From NCBI GenBank assembly GCA_965153285.1, contig OZ229117.1: a stretch of DNA of 64,000 nt; one strand, given 5' to 3'. Below, piece by piece: positions 11,181 through 22,700 of the stretch; the first letter of the stretch is position 1; each line of letters starts with the position of its first letter. The stretch is from Podarcis tiliguerta (lineage: Eukaryota). The notes beneath the pieces are model-generated. The model had not been told where the DNA came from and did not search any database. It was given only the letters and a program-made list of their open reading frames with translations. The position numbers and the translations under genes were made by a program.

Positions 11181-13894
11181 GCCATTGGGCAATAATTAAG
11201 ATGAGGAAAAAGCTATCCAATTTCTTCCTACTCCATCCATATCTATCTGTCCATAACAACGCACCCTCAGAGACAATATGCTTCTGAATACCAGTTGCCG
11301 GGAATCACAAGTGAGAAGGCGGCTATTGAATTCATGTCCTGCTTGAGGTTTTCCCACAGGCATCTGGCTGGCCACTGTGAGAAGAGAATGATGGACTAGA
11401 TGGGCCTTCATATGTTCTTATCCACGCAATTAGTATTACCTTTACTTTGGCTGTAATGGTAACCAAATCTGAAGTTTTTTTTTGTGATTACTGTTTTACC
11501 ATCAACTTAGACTACACAATATGATATGGGAAAGCTAAACAATTCATTTCTACTATTTTAGCCTAATTGCACATAGTGGGATGGAACATTGGGAGAAGAA
11601 ACTCCTTTGAAAAGTTAGATAAGCAACCCTGATTAGTGAAATTGTTTGAATTTGTTTAGCTCACATTGCCATTTTTCTTTAGTCCAAATTATAACCTTTC
11701 AATTGAATGCAATAGAACAAAGTCCTCTGCGTATATACCAACGTGGTGGGAGGCTAAACAAGGAAGGGAAAATAAGGGCAGGACTTTCCAGAACTGTGGC
11801 TTCCTGAGAATGTTCTTGGGTCAAGAAACAAAATGTTCAACCAGAAGCAAAGCTTGGGAAGGGCTTTCTGTGGCTGGAGAGAAGCAGTGGTGCCGTTAGG
11901 TAATTTTAGACTCTGGACTTCATGGTCTTAGGGTGGGGAGCTCTTTAGATGGTAATGTGTATTACTTCACCTACTTTAAAATATGGTGAGTCAGCTCTGC
12001 TGTGCTTAGGGGAACCTTCTGCTCAGTCTGCTGAGTGGAGAACTAGAAATTTACCCTACAGAAATTTACCCTACTGTCAGCAGTACCACAGGAACCTCCT
12101 GTAATGATGCAAAACCACAAAATATGGGCTGGAATATAAACACTGTTGATATGCAAAGCATAGTTGGGGAACCTCAAGCACAGGGGTCAAATGTGGCCCC
12201 CATGTTCTCTCTTCCTGGCCCTTGAAACACTCTGCTTGGTGACATGCCCTTCTAAGCCACACCCCTCATCAGCCCTGCTTTGCACCTTCCTCAGCTGTTT
12301 TTTGCCCGGCTAGTCTGTGTCCTTGAACTCTGATAATGTATTTTTTATTTTTTGGATGCAGACTAAAGAAGGGTATGTGCGTGTGAGTATAAATGAGTCT
12401 GCTGTACAAAGATAAACATTTTTTTGCTCTGCTGACCTTTTCCTCATACCTCACCCATCACCGGCAGGTGGCCCCCAGAAGGTTGGCCAGAAGGGAATGT
12501 GGCTCTTAGGCTGAAAATGTTCCCCACCTGTAAAGAAAGTAAGGCTACTATGTGTCCTGCTTTACTAGGACATCCCTCTGTTTGAAGGGCTGTCCATTCC
12601 AAGACCAGTTTAAATATAAAGAACCACAAGAAGGGAGAACAGGGTCCTTGTAGTTGCTAGTCCACGGTCAACACTTGGTCAGGGACACAGGTCATCTGGT
12701 CGCAGCCTTCCCTTCTATGGTGAGACTGTGTTTCTACTTAGATTATAGTAATTATTCTACATTTGCCTCTAGACATATAAATTAGCAGATGCCAATTATA
12801 TGCAAATCCTCTATTTTCAGGGATGGGTTTTCTCTTGTCTTGTGATGCATTAAAGAGACAGCCAACAATATACAAAGAGAAGTCTTTGGTCTTCAACAGC
12901 TCCAATAGACCCAACAAATTGCAAACTTCAAAGCTTTGACCAATGTCCCAAATAAGAGCGTTTCTCTAATATATCAACTATTATTATACCTCCTAGTCCT
13001 GAAATTTGGGTTATGTGGTGCTTGTATGACGGGTTGAGGGTGTGGGGGCAGCAATGCTTCATGAACCCTGGATTCTCAATGGAGAGTACTACAAATCCAT
13101 TATCACCAGCAAATGAGGGAAAATGTAATCAATTATGTATTTTCTGAGGCCTGAAAGCACCAGCAGTAAATACCAATCATATTCACTGGATTAATGTCCA
13201 CTCTGGACATGGGATGAATAAATGAACATTGTAAATTTCTTCCCCCATTTGTGTATTCATTGGAATACTCTGACATTCCCACTCATACATTGTCCCTTCT
13301 CATTGTCGCCTAGCCTCCCTCCTTCTCATCTGGCTATTTAATACCTCTTGTTGTCCGACATCCAGAATAAATTTCCAGTTCCTTCAATGGGTGTCCCAAA
13401 CCTGAAACTAGAACAGCATGGATGAACTGAGAGCCTGACATCTGAGATTGTGGGCTGTTTTATTGTAGCATTAAGGAATCTGAAAAAGCTTGGCTTGAGC
13501 TGCTTCCAAGAATTTGGAGCTTTTCAAGATTCTAAATGCAATCCCCATTCTAATCTCCATTTCACCTACAGCCCTTGCACTGCAAAAGAATGTGGATCCA
13601 CACGGTATTATGTTGGAAATAATCTGCTTTTCGTTATCCAGAAACAGTGCATTCACAATACCAATACACAATTATCGTGCATGACCAGGCTAGAACAGAG
13701 GATGGGGGGCAGGTAGGACAATTGGCATGCACCTACCTTTTTGAAAGGGCCTACTCCAAGTCCCCCTGATAGAGGCAAAGGGAGATCTTTGGTAAAGATG
13801 ATTGAAATAGAGCCTACATTTCCCTTCTGGCCTAGGCCTGTTACCAACTTTGCAGGCCCAGGTTCATGACCTCTTTAAAGAATTATATATTTTC

Positions 13895-14238
13895 CAAAGA
13901 GTCCCAGATTTACAGAAGCCATCCCAGTTTCTGATTTGATCCCAGAATGTTCCACTTTTTCTGAAGATGTCCCTATTTTCATCAGAGAGATATTGGAGGG
14001 TATGGAGTTAAGCAACCCCCAACCCAAGGAGATAAGTAACTACACAACCTTTAGAAGACATCAGAAGGCAGCTCTGTATAGGGAAGTTTTTTTAATGTTT
14101 AATTTTTTATTATGCTTTTATATATGTTGGAAGCTACCCAGATGCAACCTAGTCAGATGGGTGGGGTATAATAATGTTGTTGTTGTTGTTGTTGAGTAGG
14201 ACATCCCTATTTTCATCAGAGATATGTTGGAGGGTATG
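13895..14238. mobile_element. Composite repeat: ~36 bp direct repeats (13969-14004, 14202-14238) bracketing an L2-like 3' end with (GTT)n
   Basis: tccctattttcatcagaga..ttggagggtatg present twice. Confidence 0.6.
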
Positions 14239-14414
14239 AGGCAGCTATCAGGCCTAAAATGAAGCTTTCTATATATCAACATAGCCTTTAAATGTTGGTG
14301 TGTATTGCTACAGTAAACCAGGATATCAAAATTATATGCCAAGCATGAGAATGTTCAAGTCAGCAGTTGTAAAAGCATGCAGAAACAGAAATGTCATTCA
14401 CATTGCTCTGAATG

Positions 14415-16600
14415 TACATCAAGCTTCCATGTTTTATTCAAAACGTGTATGTGTACCAAACATAATGAAACAGTTAGAGTATTTTTCTTATAAAACTTAT
14501 AAAATAATTAAATAGTACACTTTATACTTTGCGCTTCTTTTTTTTTACACCATAATCCATACTTCTATGTAACACTATTTTGCTGTTGCTGCCACTTACT
14601 TGGAAAGCAAGTGAGAAAATAAAAAGAGGGGGGAGCTATGCATTAATAAATTAATATTTTTACATCAAATAATAAAAAATGACACATTTTTAGAACAAAA
14701 GTTTGCCAGGGGGAGGAAAATGTCCCCTAGAAAGTATCAGTTTACAATGTTCAATATTCAAGACATGGAAAATTTAGAACCCAAGGTATGGTTCCAATAA
14801 TCATTTCTTAAGCATATCACAGAGAAGACATGTATTTTGTTTTGTTTCATTTAAGCATTTGCAAAAGCAACTCCTATTTTTAACTGACCACTGTCTGCAT
14901 TGGTGCTGATGGGGCTACTTTTAGTTTGGATCAGTGAAGCTGAACTACATTCATCAAATGAAACTGTGGAATTGGGCAGAAACAGAGGGAAATGTCATTT
15001 TTAGCCATTCCTCAGAAAAATTCATTAGGTTACAATCTTTCTTTAGTTGTCTCAGTTTTGGTAAAGAGAGAGAGGTGATAGCTTGGTCCTCCAAATGTTT
15101 GCAGTTTGGGCATCCAAGATATTGTGTGCCCTGGTTCCATTGGATTCTGAGCATATAAATGTCAGCACCACTGCAAAAAATAAATTGTGTTGGTGTTTGA
15201 TTATTCTGGGCTATCTACCCAGAACAAATAACACAGATCATAGGCTTGGGTCCCACATGAACAAAGGTGCATGTTCATGCAGAAGGCATCAATAGCTTTC
15301 CCCTGTTTACAAACTGTGCATTGGCTCCAGGAGGCCAGAAAACCCTCCAGAGTGGCATTTTACATGAGGGAATAATGGTGGGGTGGTAAGGAGAAAATAA
15401 ATGACTCAATTTGCAAAAAGCATTGTATTGTACTGGCACATCAATCAGTGAATTGAATCATGCAATTTGTTCTTATCTATTGACTTTATAATCTAAAAAC
15501 AACCATATTAATTTAGAACCCTGTTTGAATTCACCAAGATTAATTTTGCAACTTCAGAGTTTCCAGAAACTGGTTTATGAATTTCATGCAGACCACTTAT
15601 ACTTTTCTGGCAACAGCTGAGTTTTCTTTCTAGGTGTAGTGCCTGGAAACTCAAGTTTTGCAGGTGAAAGACCTAGTTTCTGCAAGTTCTCCAAAAGTTG
15701 TAGTGTTCAAAACTGAACTCTAAATTAACATATTCTGGATGCCGATGGGATTCTGGGTTTCTGGTGATCATTTGTTTCAGCACTGATGATGATGATGCCT
15801 AACAGCAAATGTGTGGCTTTCATGAGTTACTTGAAGAATAAAATGCTAGTCTGCTCATACTACATAGGAATGCCCTAAATGAAGATGCTCTAAAGAAAAG
15901 TCCTGTTTTGTTCTCGTGGATGGGCATCTCAAGGAGTGCCTGCCTCTCAAGTGGTTAGTAAACCATGACTGAGTTACTAATCAAAGTGAAATGGGGAACA
16001 AAATAAAACTAAAATTCTACCATGATATAAGCCTTGCTTTCCCAGCAGCAAGTGAAATAGAAAAGCACCTTTTATCTTGATAGTGCAGTGATTGTGCTTA
16101 CTGTGAATAACATAATGCCTATATTATATACAGCAACACATTATCTCAGCAGCCACCAACGTAATTTCTCTGGAGTTGTTTTCTGCTTGTTTTGAAGGGC
16201 TATGTTAACTAACATTGAAATAGCCAACATATCTCTTCGTATTACAATGATATTGCCTCATTGCAGGTTCTGTGTGCATACCATTGAGCAGAATATGAGC
16301 ACCATACTGATTGTGCTGCTCCACTTTGGAGATCAGATATGACCATTAACAGAGTAGGGTTAATGACAAATAGAAAGAAGGCTAAAAGTTGCCTCCATCT
16401 GCTAGCATTCAAAAATACCCTGTTTGGAAAAAGTCCAGTCCTTGTGTACTAATCCTTGGTTAAAAGCTGTACCATAGAACACCTTGTTCTACAGTACCCA
16501 AGTCTCTTCCATTGGTCATTCGTGGTTCTGGAAGACCTTCAAGAAAGTTTGCCATCATCTTGCAAGGGAGGATCTTGCCATTGAAGTGATTCCATTCACA
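14415..16600 (-). other. ADAMTS18: Probable ADAMTS18 3'UTR (~2.2 kb)
   Basis: Repeat-poor, AT-rich tract after the stop; ends at an AATAAA followed by U/GU-rich sequence; transposon sequence resumes at ~14240. Confidence 0.6.
14433..14438 (-). terminator. Candidate polyadenylation signal AATAAA
   Basis: Plus-strand TTTATT; minus strand reads AATAAAacatggaagcttgatgtaca...tttctgtttctg. Confidence 0.55.
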
Positions 16601-16716
16601 TCAGTTCTTCCGTGTGCACGATTTGCAGCATTGCTTGCCGTAAAATTTGTGATTGCAGACACCATGCTGGGGGACCAGATGGCACCAAGTGAAGAAGTCC
16701 ACACAAGAAGGATCAT
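16601..16716 (-). CDS. ADAMTS18: ADAMTS18 last coding exon (116 nt incl. TGA), PLAC domain
   Basis: ttgcag|ATGATCCT ... AAGAAC TGA. Confidence 0.95.
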
Positions 16717-19700
16717 CTGCAATGGTGAAATTCCAGACAAGAATATTTAGTATTTTGCAGTATGTCTCAGGAACACTGAAGCTCAGGGACACTTCATGCA
16801 CCTGGACTGGTTGATGACATGGACATCTAATCGCTCCCAGGAGTGCTCTGTTCATGTGATTTGCATTAACACTGAAGACTCGGGATTACAGAAAAGCTTC
16901 AGTCAGAATACAAGACTCATGGCATGCCTGGATCGTAGATAGATACCTACCTGTAAATTTCTGCTAGCTTTCTTTTCAGAAGGAATACAACTCATGCAAA
17001 TATGAGCTGAATGCTCCTATTAGCTGGTTCGTTTCATACATGTAAGCGACCTCCAAGGACTTATGCATTTTCTGTCTGAGAATGTCAAGAGCTGTGGGGC
17101 AGGGGATGGGTTTCTTACCAAAAAAAAAAAAACCCAAACACAAACCACCAAAATGCAGATACCTGAAAACACCTGTAAGGAGAATCTCTTGTTCAGCACA
17201 TCTCATGCCCAAGAAAGTCAGCCAAAGAAATCTCTTTCACATATATGTGAATTAAGTTTTGGTAATAGTATTGAGTTTGATCCAGAATGAGACTGTTGCA
17301 CTTAGTTCCTGTGGGACTTAAGTCATGACTGACTTTACAGATTCAGTTCAATGGGCCCTAACCCCTAAGGTTAAAAAGGAATGTGGCTCTCAGTGTGAAA
17401 AATAGTCCCTACTCCAGCCACAGAACATTTGCTTAGAGACATGCTGCTTAATGTGCTGGACACATTGTACTATGCTTGTTACATGAAGTTCTCCTGTACA
17501 CCAATATATTCAATGGCTTTCTCCACTCTCAACATGGAATATGCAGCCACAGCATATTATCTGTTACAGTAGTCCATATGTCATGGAGCACACTGGGAGG
17601 GAAGCAAACTGACAAATGTCTATGAGGTGCAGGAGGATTTCAGATTATGTATTTATTTTTACTCCATTCTTTGGACAAAAGTCCCCTAGAGCAACTTACA
17701 GATAAAAAGAAAAACAAGACAAGGCCTGCCCCTCTGGCTCCCAATCTAAAGGACATGACACAAAAGGAAATAGTGAGGAGGAGGAGGAGAAAGAGGAGGA
17801 GGAAAATATGCAAACTGAGACATCAGTAAGTGCATTGCAGAGTGCCTGGTTGAAAGAGAGGGTAGAGAAAGAGGAGAAAAGAATCCTTCCATGCACTGGA
17901 AGTATGGCCCAAATTCTCCAAAAAAGAAACATCACCCCCTTTTTTTAGACTATCATTTTGAAAAAGCAAATATCAGTTGGTTTAAAATATTGCATAGCTG
18001 AAGCATTCTGTAGTTTGGCTGCAACTGATTAATGCTTTACCTAAAAGTGAATAGCAATGAATCATGTTGCTACTCTAGAAATACATTCCATAACAATTTA
18101 AATTGCAGCATTAAAGCAACATAAGTGAAACTTGGGAAAGATTTACTGCTGAGTTCAGCTATTATTGGAACATGGGAAAGCCTTCCAGTTTGCCCTCAAA
18201 ACTAGTAGTTCATAGTACAGGAAATTGACATGGCTTTTAATCTGCATCCTTTTTATTTCAGATGAAAGGCTTAAAACTGATGGCACAGAAGAGACTCTTC
18301 TCATTTGTATAAATCACTCACGTTATTTACCACTGAATCAGCACAAACAGCAATCCGCCAAAAATCTGCATTGCTATTTGTTCTGATTCAGCAGTAAAGA
18401 ACAGGTTTTCCTGCTATCTACCAGCCGTCTTACTCACGTAAGTCTGCCTTCTTACATACATCTGACCCAAGAGGTGCCACTGGCTGTCAGCTTCTGCCTC
18501 CCTCATTTCTGTGTTGCCATTAAGTAGGAATAAGGATCGGAGCAAAACAAGAATTAGTTAGCTCTACCTGTTTCTGGCTCCACCTACTGTTGGCTTCTCT
18601 GCTTTTTAGCCACCACTGAGCTTTGAGTTACAGTACCCTGCTGAGTGATGGAAATGAGGAGAGGGGGAAATGAACAGAGGAGCAGACCCAGCTTGTCTAG
18701 GGAAGCATGTTAACTCTCCCTGAAAGGCTCATTTCTTTCTCATGATCTCTCCCCAATGACTCACAGGGCTGGAACTATGTGGTGGGTAATTGAGAGTGAT
18801 TGGCTTCAATACAGTTCCAGCACAGCTGGCTGTGTTCACTGGTGGAGACAGAGACTTACAGCACGGTGAAGAAATAATTGATCTCCAGAGCCTGAAGACC
18901 TAGTTACAATAAAGTCAGAAGGACTTCTACAGCTGCAGGGAGGGGGAAGGGAAGAGACTGGAGTGAAATGAGTAACAGACACTGGACAAGAAATCCAGTT
19001 AGGGGAAGAGAAATGGAAAAAATACCGTCTCAGGACAGAAAGTGGATATTATTATTGGTATTAATTGGGCAAAAATAAAGGTGGATGAAACTAGACCCAG
19101 GAACTTCTTGGAATGATCCATTCCTGGAAGTTCAAGGAGGGGAAGAGATCTACACACACACCAAAAAACCTCTGGAACTCAGCAAAAATAAGTTGTTATG
19201 TTTGTGGGTTTTTATATAAAAATGGTAGGAATAAATAAGGAAGCAGTAAATTCAGGCTAGGATTTATTCGTTCATCTCTTTTGACTATCCAAGATTCAGT
19301 TGATTCTAATGATTTAGGTCTACCTCACAGATGAAAACGACTCACTATATGACTTGTGGAGGGACTCCAACTCTGTAACAGGACACAGGCTTTTTGTGCA
19401 GATGGTCACAGGTTCAATCCTTTGCATCTCCATTTAAAATAACAAGGTAGCAGGTCTTGGGAGAGACCTCTGTCTGCATCCTTGGAGAGCTGCTCTGCTG
19501 TGAGTGGCGGTTGGTGCCCATTGGGAGTGGCGGGGTGGAAGGCAGAGAGACCAACAGCATGTAGAGCCAGAGCCAATGACAGACAGAGACAAATAATTCT
19601 AGGTTTGCCCCCACCCTCCTAGCTACTTAATGGCAGTACAGAGACTAGGAAGGGGAAAGATGACAGCCAGTGCCATCTCCTGGGCTGGATGTAAGTAAGC

Positions 19701-22700
19701 AGGCAGATGCCAGGGCAGGGTGGCTGACGTCAGGTGGAGCAGTATCCCATTTGCTAATGTCTCCCTTGGTCATTGCTGCTCAGAGTAGATGACACTGGGT
19801 TAGGTGGACAGTCTTATCAGGAATAAGGAAACTTCCCATGAGGCCTGCATGGAATAGACCACCATGGACAGGTGATGCCTAGTTCTGCAGGTCTTCCATA
19901 TGTTTTTACCCGTATTTTGCCAACTACTCAGGCAGAATTGTCTCGTCAAACATTTCAACCATTCAGTTCTCACTGGCCTTTAGGTATCAGCTCTCAGAAA
20001 GGGGCAAAGCTTGGGAGATCTAGTCTGCTACACATTTACTTTAAACAGTGGGACAGTCTTTACCTTTCTTCTCAGGGGCAAGGCAGAAATTAGTATTGCA
20101 GGCTCTTGACATTGCGGGCTTCTGTTGAGGCAGGCAGCCCACAGCTGGTTGACCCTGACGAAGGCACTGGACAGTCCGTGTCTGCACTCCTCCACCGCAT
20201 GTCACCGTGCACTGTAAGTGACAGAAAGGATATGAGATTTTACTTCCATGAGGGCCCCCAGAACTCCAAGCATTGAATTCCTTTCCATTTACACTTCTCA
20301 AAATAAATCAGGCCAACTGGGGTTGACCAGGGATTTAACTGGGTTGGGCTGAGGCTGCTTCAGGTCATACTGGGTCATCCCCCCCACCCCACCCCCCGAG
20401 CAACCTAAGACTGTCAAAGGTGGGGAAGAATCTGGCAGCGAGGAGAATGGGAGAAGAAGGAAATATGTAGGCAGTCTGCAAGCTTCTCCTTCCCCAACTC
20501 CTGACTGCTTGTTTAATCAGGGTTGAAAACATTAATTAAATGCTGTGCAAGACCCCTTGCCACTTGGCTTTGAATAATCCCTCAGGATGGCTAAGAGGTA
20601 TTAGGAATTTGCCTGCTATCTTTCTCAAGGGAGTGGTTGAAATACCCTGATTTTATTTTCAAGAAACCCCACTATCCATGAAGATCATGTCCCCACGACA
20701 CTTTCATCTGATTATGAAGCTTAAGGTTCAAAAGGTACATGTATATGCTATCAAATAAATGCTTGTCTTAGGGATATGGGACTGAACAAAGTAAGCAAGT
20801 TCCAAAATACAGAAGCTTGTTTGAGAGACTGTGGAAACAAACACAGACTGATCCAGTAATCAATCACACTATTTAAGGAATTCCAGACAATCTCTGCAGA
20901 TCCCCAAGGACATTGTGCATAAAGATTTGTAATGGTTCAACCACAGTGCAGCCCTCTGAAGATTGGTATGGAAAAGACAGTGGAATGCAACATAGTTGCA
21001 GCAGCAGAAACATTGTTATATAAAGCACTTATGGGTTTCCAGACAAATGAATCACCTCTTCTTCCTTAAGTAATATACAAATCACAGTGACACTGTCAAT
21101 GGACAGGAAAACAAAGAAGAAGAACAGGTCTAGGTGCCAAATGCAGCCTCTAGACCAGGGGTCAGCAACCTTTTTCAGTCGTGGGCCGGTCTACTGTCCC
21201 TCAGACCATGTGGTGGGCCAGACTATATATTGGGGGGGGGGGGCAGGAAATGAACGAATTTCTATGCCCCGCAAATAATCCAGAGATGCATTTTAAATAA
21301 AAGGACACATTCTACTCATGTAAAAACACACTGGTTCCCGGACCGTCCATGGGCTGGATTTAGAAGGCGATTGGGCCGCATCCGGCCCCCAGGCCTTAGG
21401 TTGCCTACCCCTGCTCCAGACCTTTATCTGCGGCCCTTGGGACTCTCCTGAGGCATATTCCACACCAGCCCTGCTTTGCTTGAGTGTTTTTGCCTGACAG
21501 GCATGTGCTCTTCTACTCTGAGAATGCTTCCTTGTTTGCTTGGATGGAGGATAGAAAGAGATGTGCAAGTCTGAAGAAACTAGTCTACTGTGCAAAGGCA
21601 AAATATGCATTTTTTTGTTTGCCTAATTTGCCCCTGCCACACTCACCATTGTCATTTGGCCCCCAGAAGGTTGCCCAGAGGGAGATGTGGCCCTCAGGCT
21701 TTAAAAGTTCCCTTTCCCTAAACTAGAGAAAGGGAAGCACTTGGTGGCAACAAACATTATGAAACATGGTAGAAATGACTGATTTAGATCTCCATATGAA
21801 GCCTCTTCTCTCACCTGTTGCCAAGGTGAAGAATACCACCCTGGCACCCTGTGGTATAAATGGTGCAGAGGACATGCTCCTCTGTTGCAGCCTTCCTCCA
21901 GTTCGATGTTTGGCTTCATAAGGTTTCGGCAACGGCGCTGTGGGAAAGTGATCAGTTTGCCACTGATACTTTTCTCACTGCACTGCATTTCTCGCCGCTT
22001 CACACCTGGGCCACAGGTGGCAGAGCACTATGGGTAGGAAAGGGAGAATATATCACTTTCAGTTCCTCTCATTTTCTCATTTTTCCAGACTAATTTTCTC
22101 CACATCAATTTGCATTTTAGAAAATAAAAACGTCCTCATAAAACTCATCAGTGTTTTAGTATGAAATTCTTCTAATATACACTTTGCTGTAGGCACTTTT
22201 GCCTAATATTTTGCAAGCAATTTTCCCTAATATACAGTGGTGCCTCGCAAGACGAAATTAATTCGTTCCGCGAGTTTTTTCGTTGTGTGAGTTTTTTCGT
22301 CTTGCGAAGCACCACTGCATTTAAACACTAACAACGGCGGGGAGGGGCGGGGAGAAGCAGGACAGCTACCGCAGCTGGTACCTCGGACTCACCCGTGCGT
22401 TGTGGCCACCACACGACGCAGCTGCTGGAGGGCGGCGGGGCTCAGGAGCGCGACTCTGGCTGCAACGCTGGCTGCTGGCGGCAACGGCTCTCTGAGGGGA
22501 GCGCACGAGGGGGGTGGGCAGCGGCGCGAGGCAGCCAGAAGGTCGGCCGTCAGCCGGAAGGTGGGAGGGAGCCGGAGGAGCGGGGAAGCGAGCGTGCGTG
22601 CATGCAGTGACCGTTGCCATGACAGGAGAGGCAGGGCCGTTTCGTCTAGTGAAGCAAGCCCTTAGGAAAATCCGTCTTGCGAAGCACCTCAGAAAACGAA

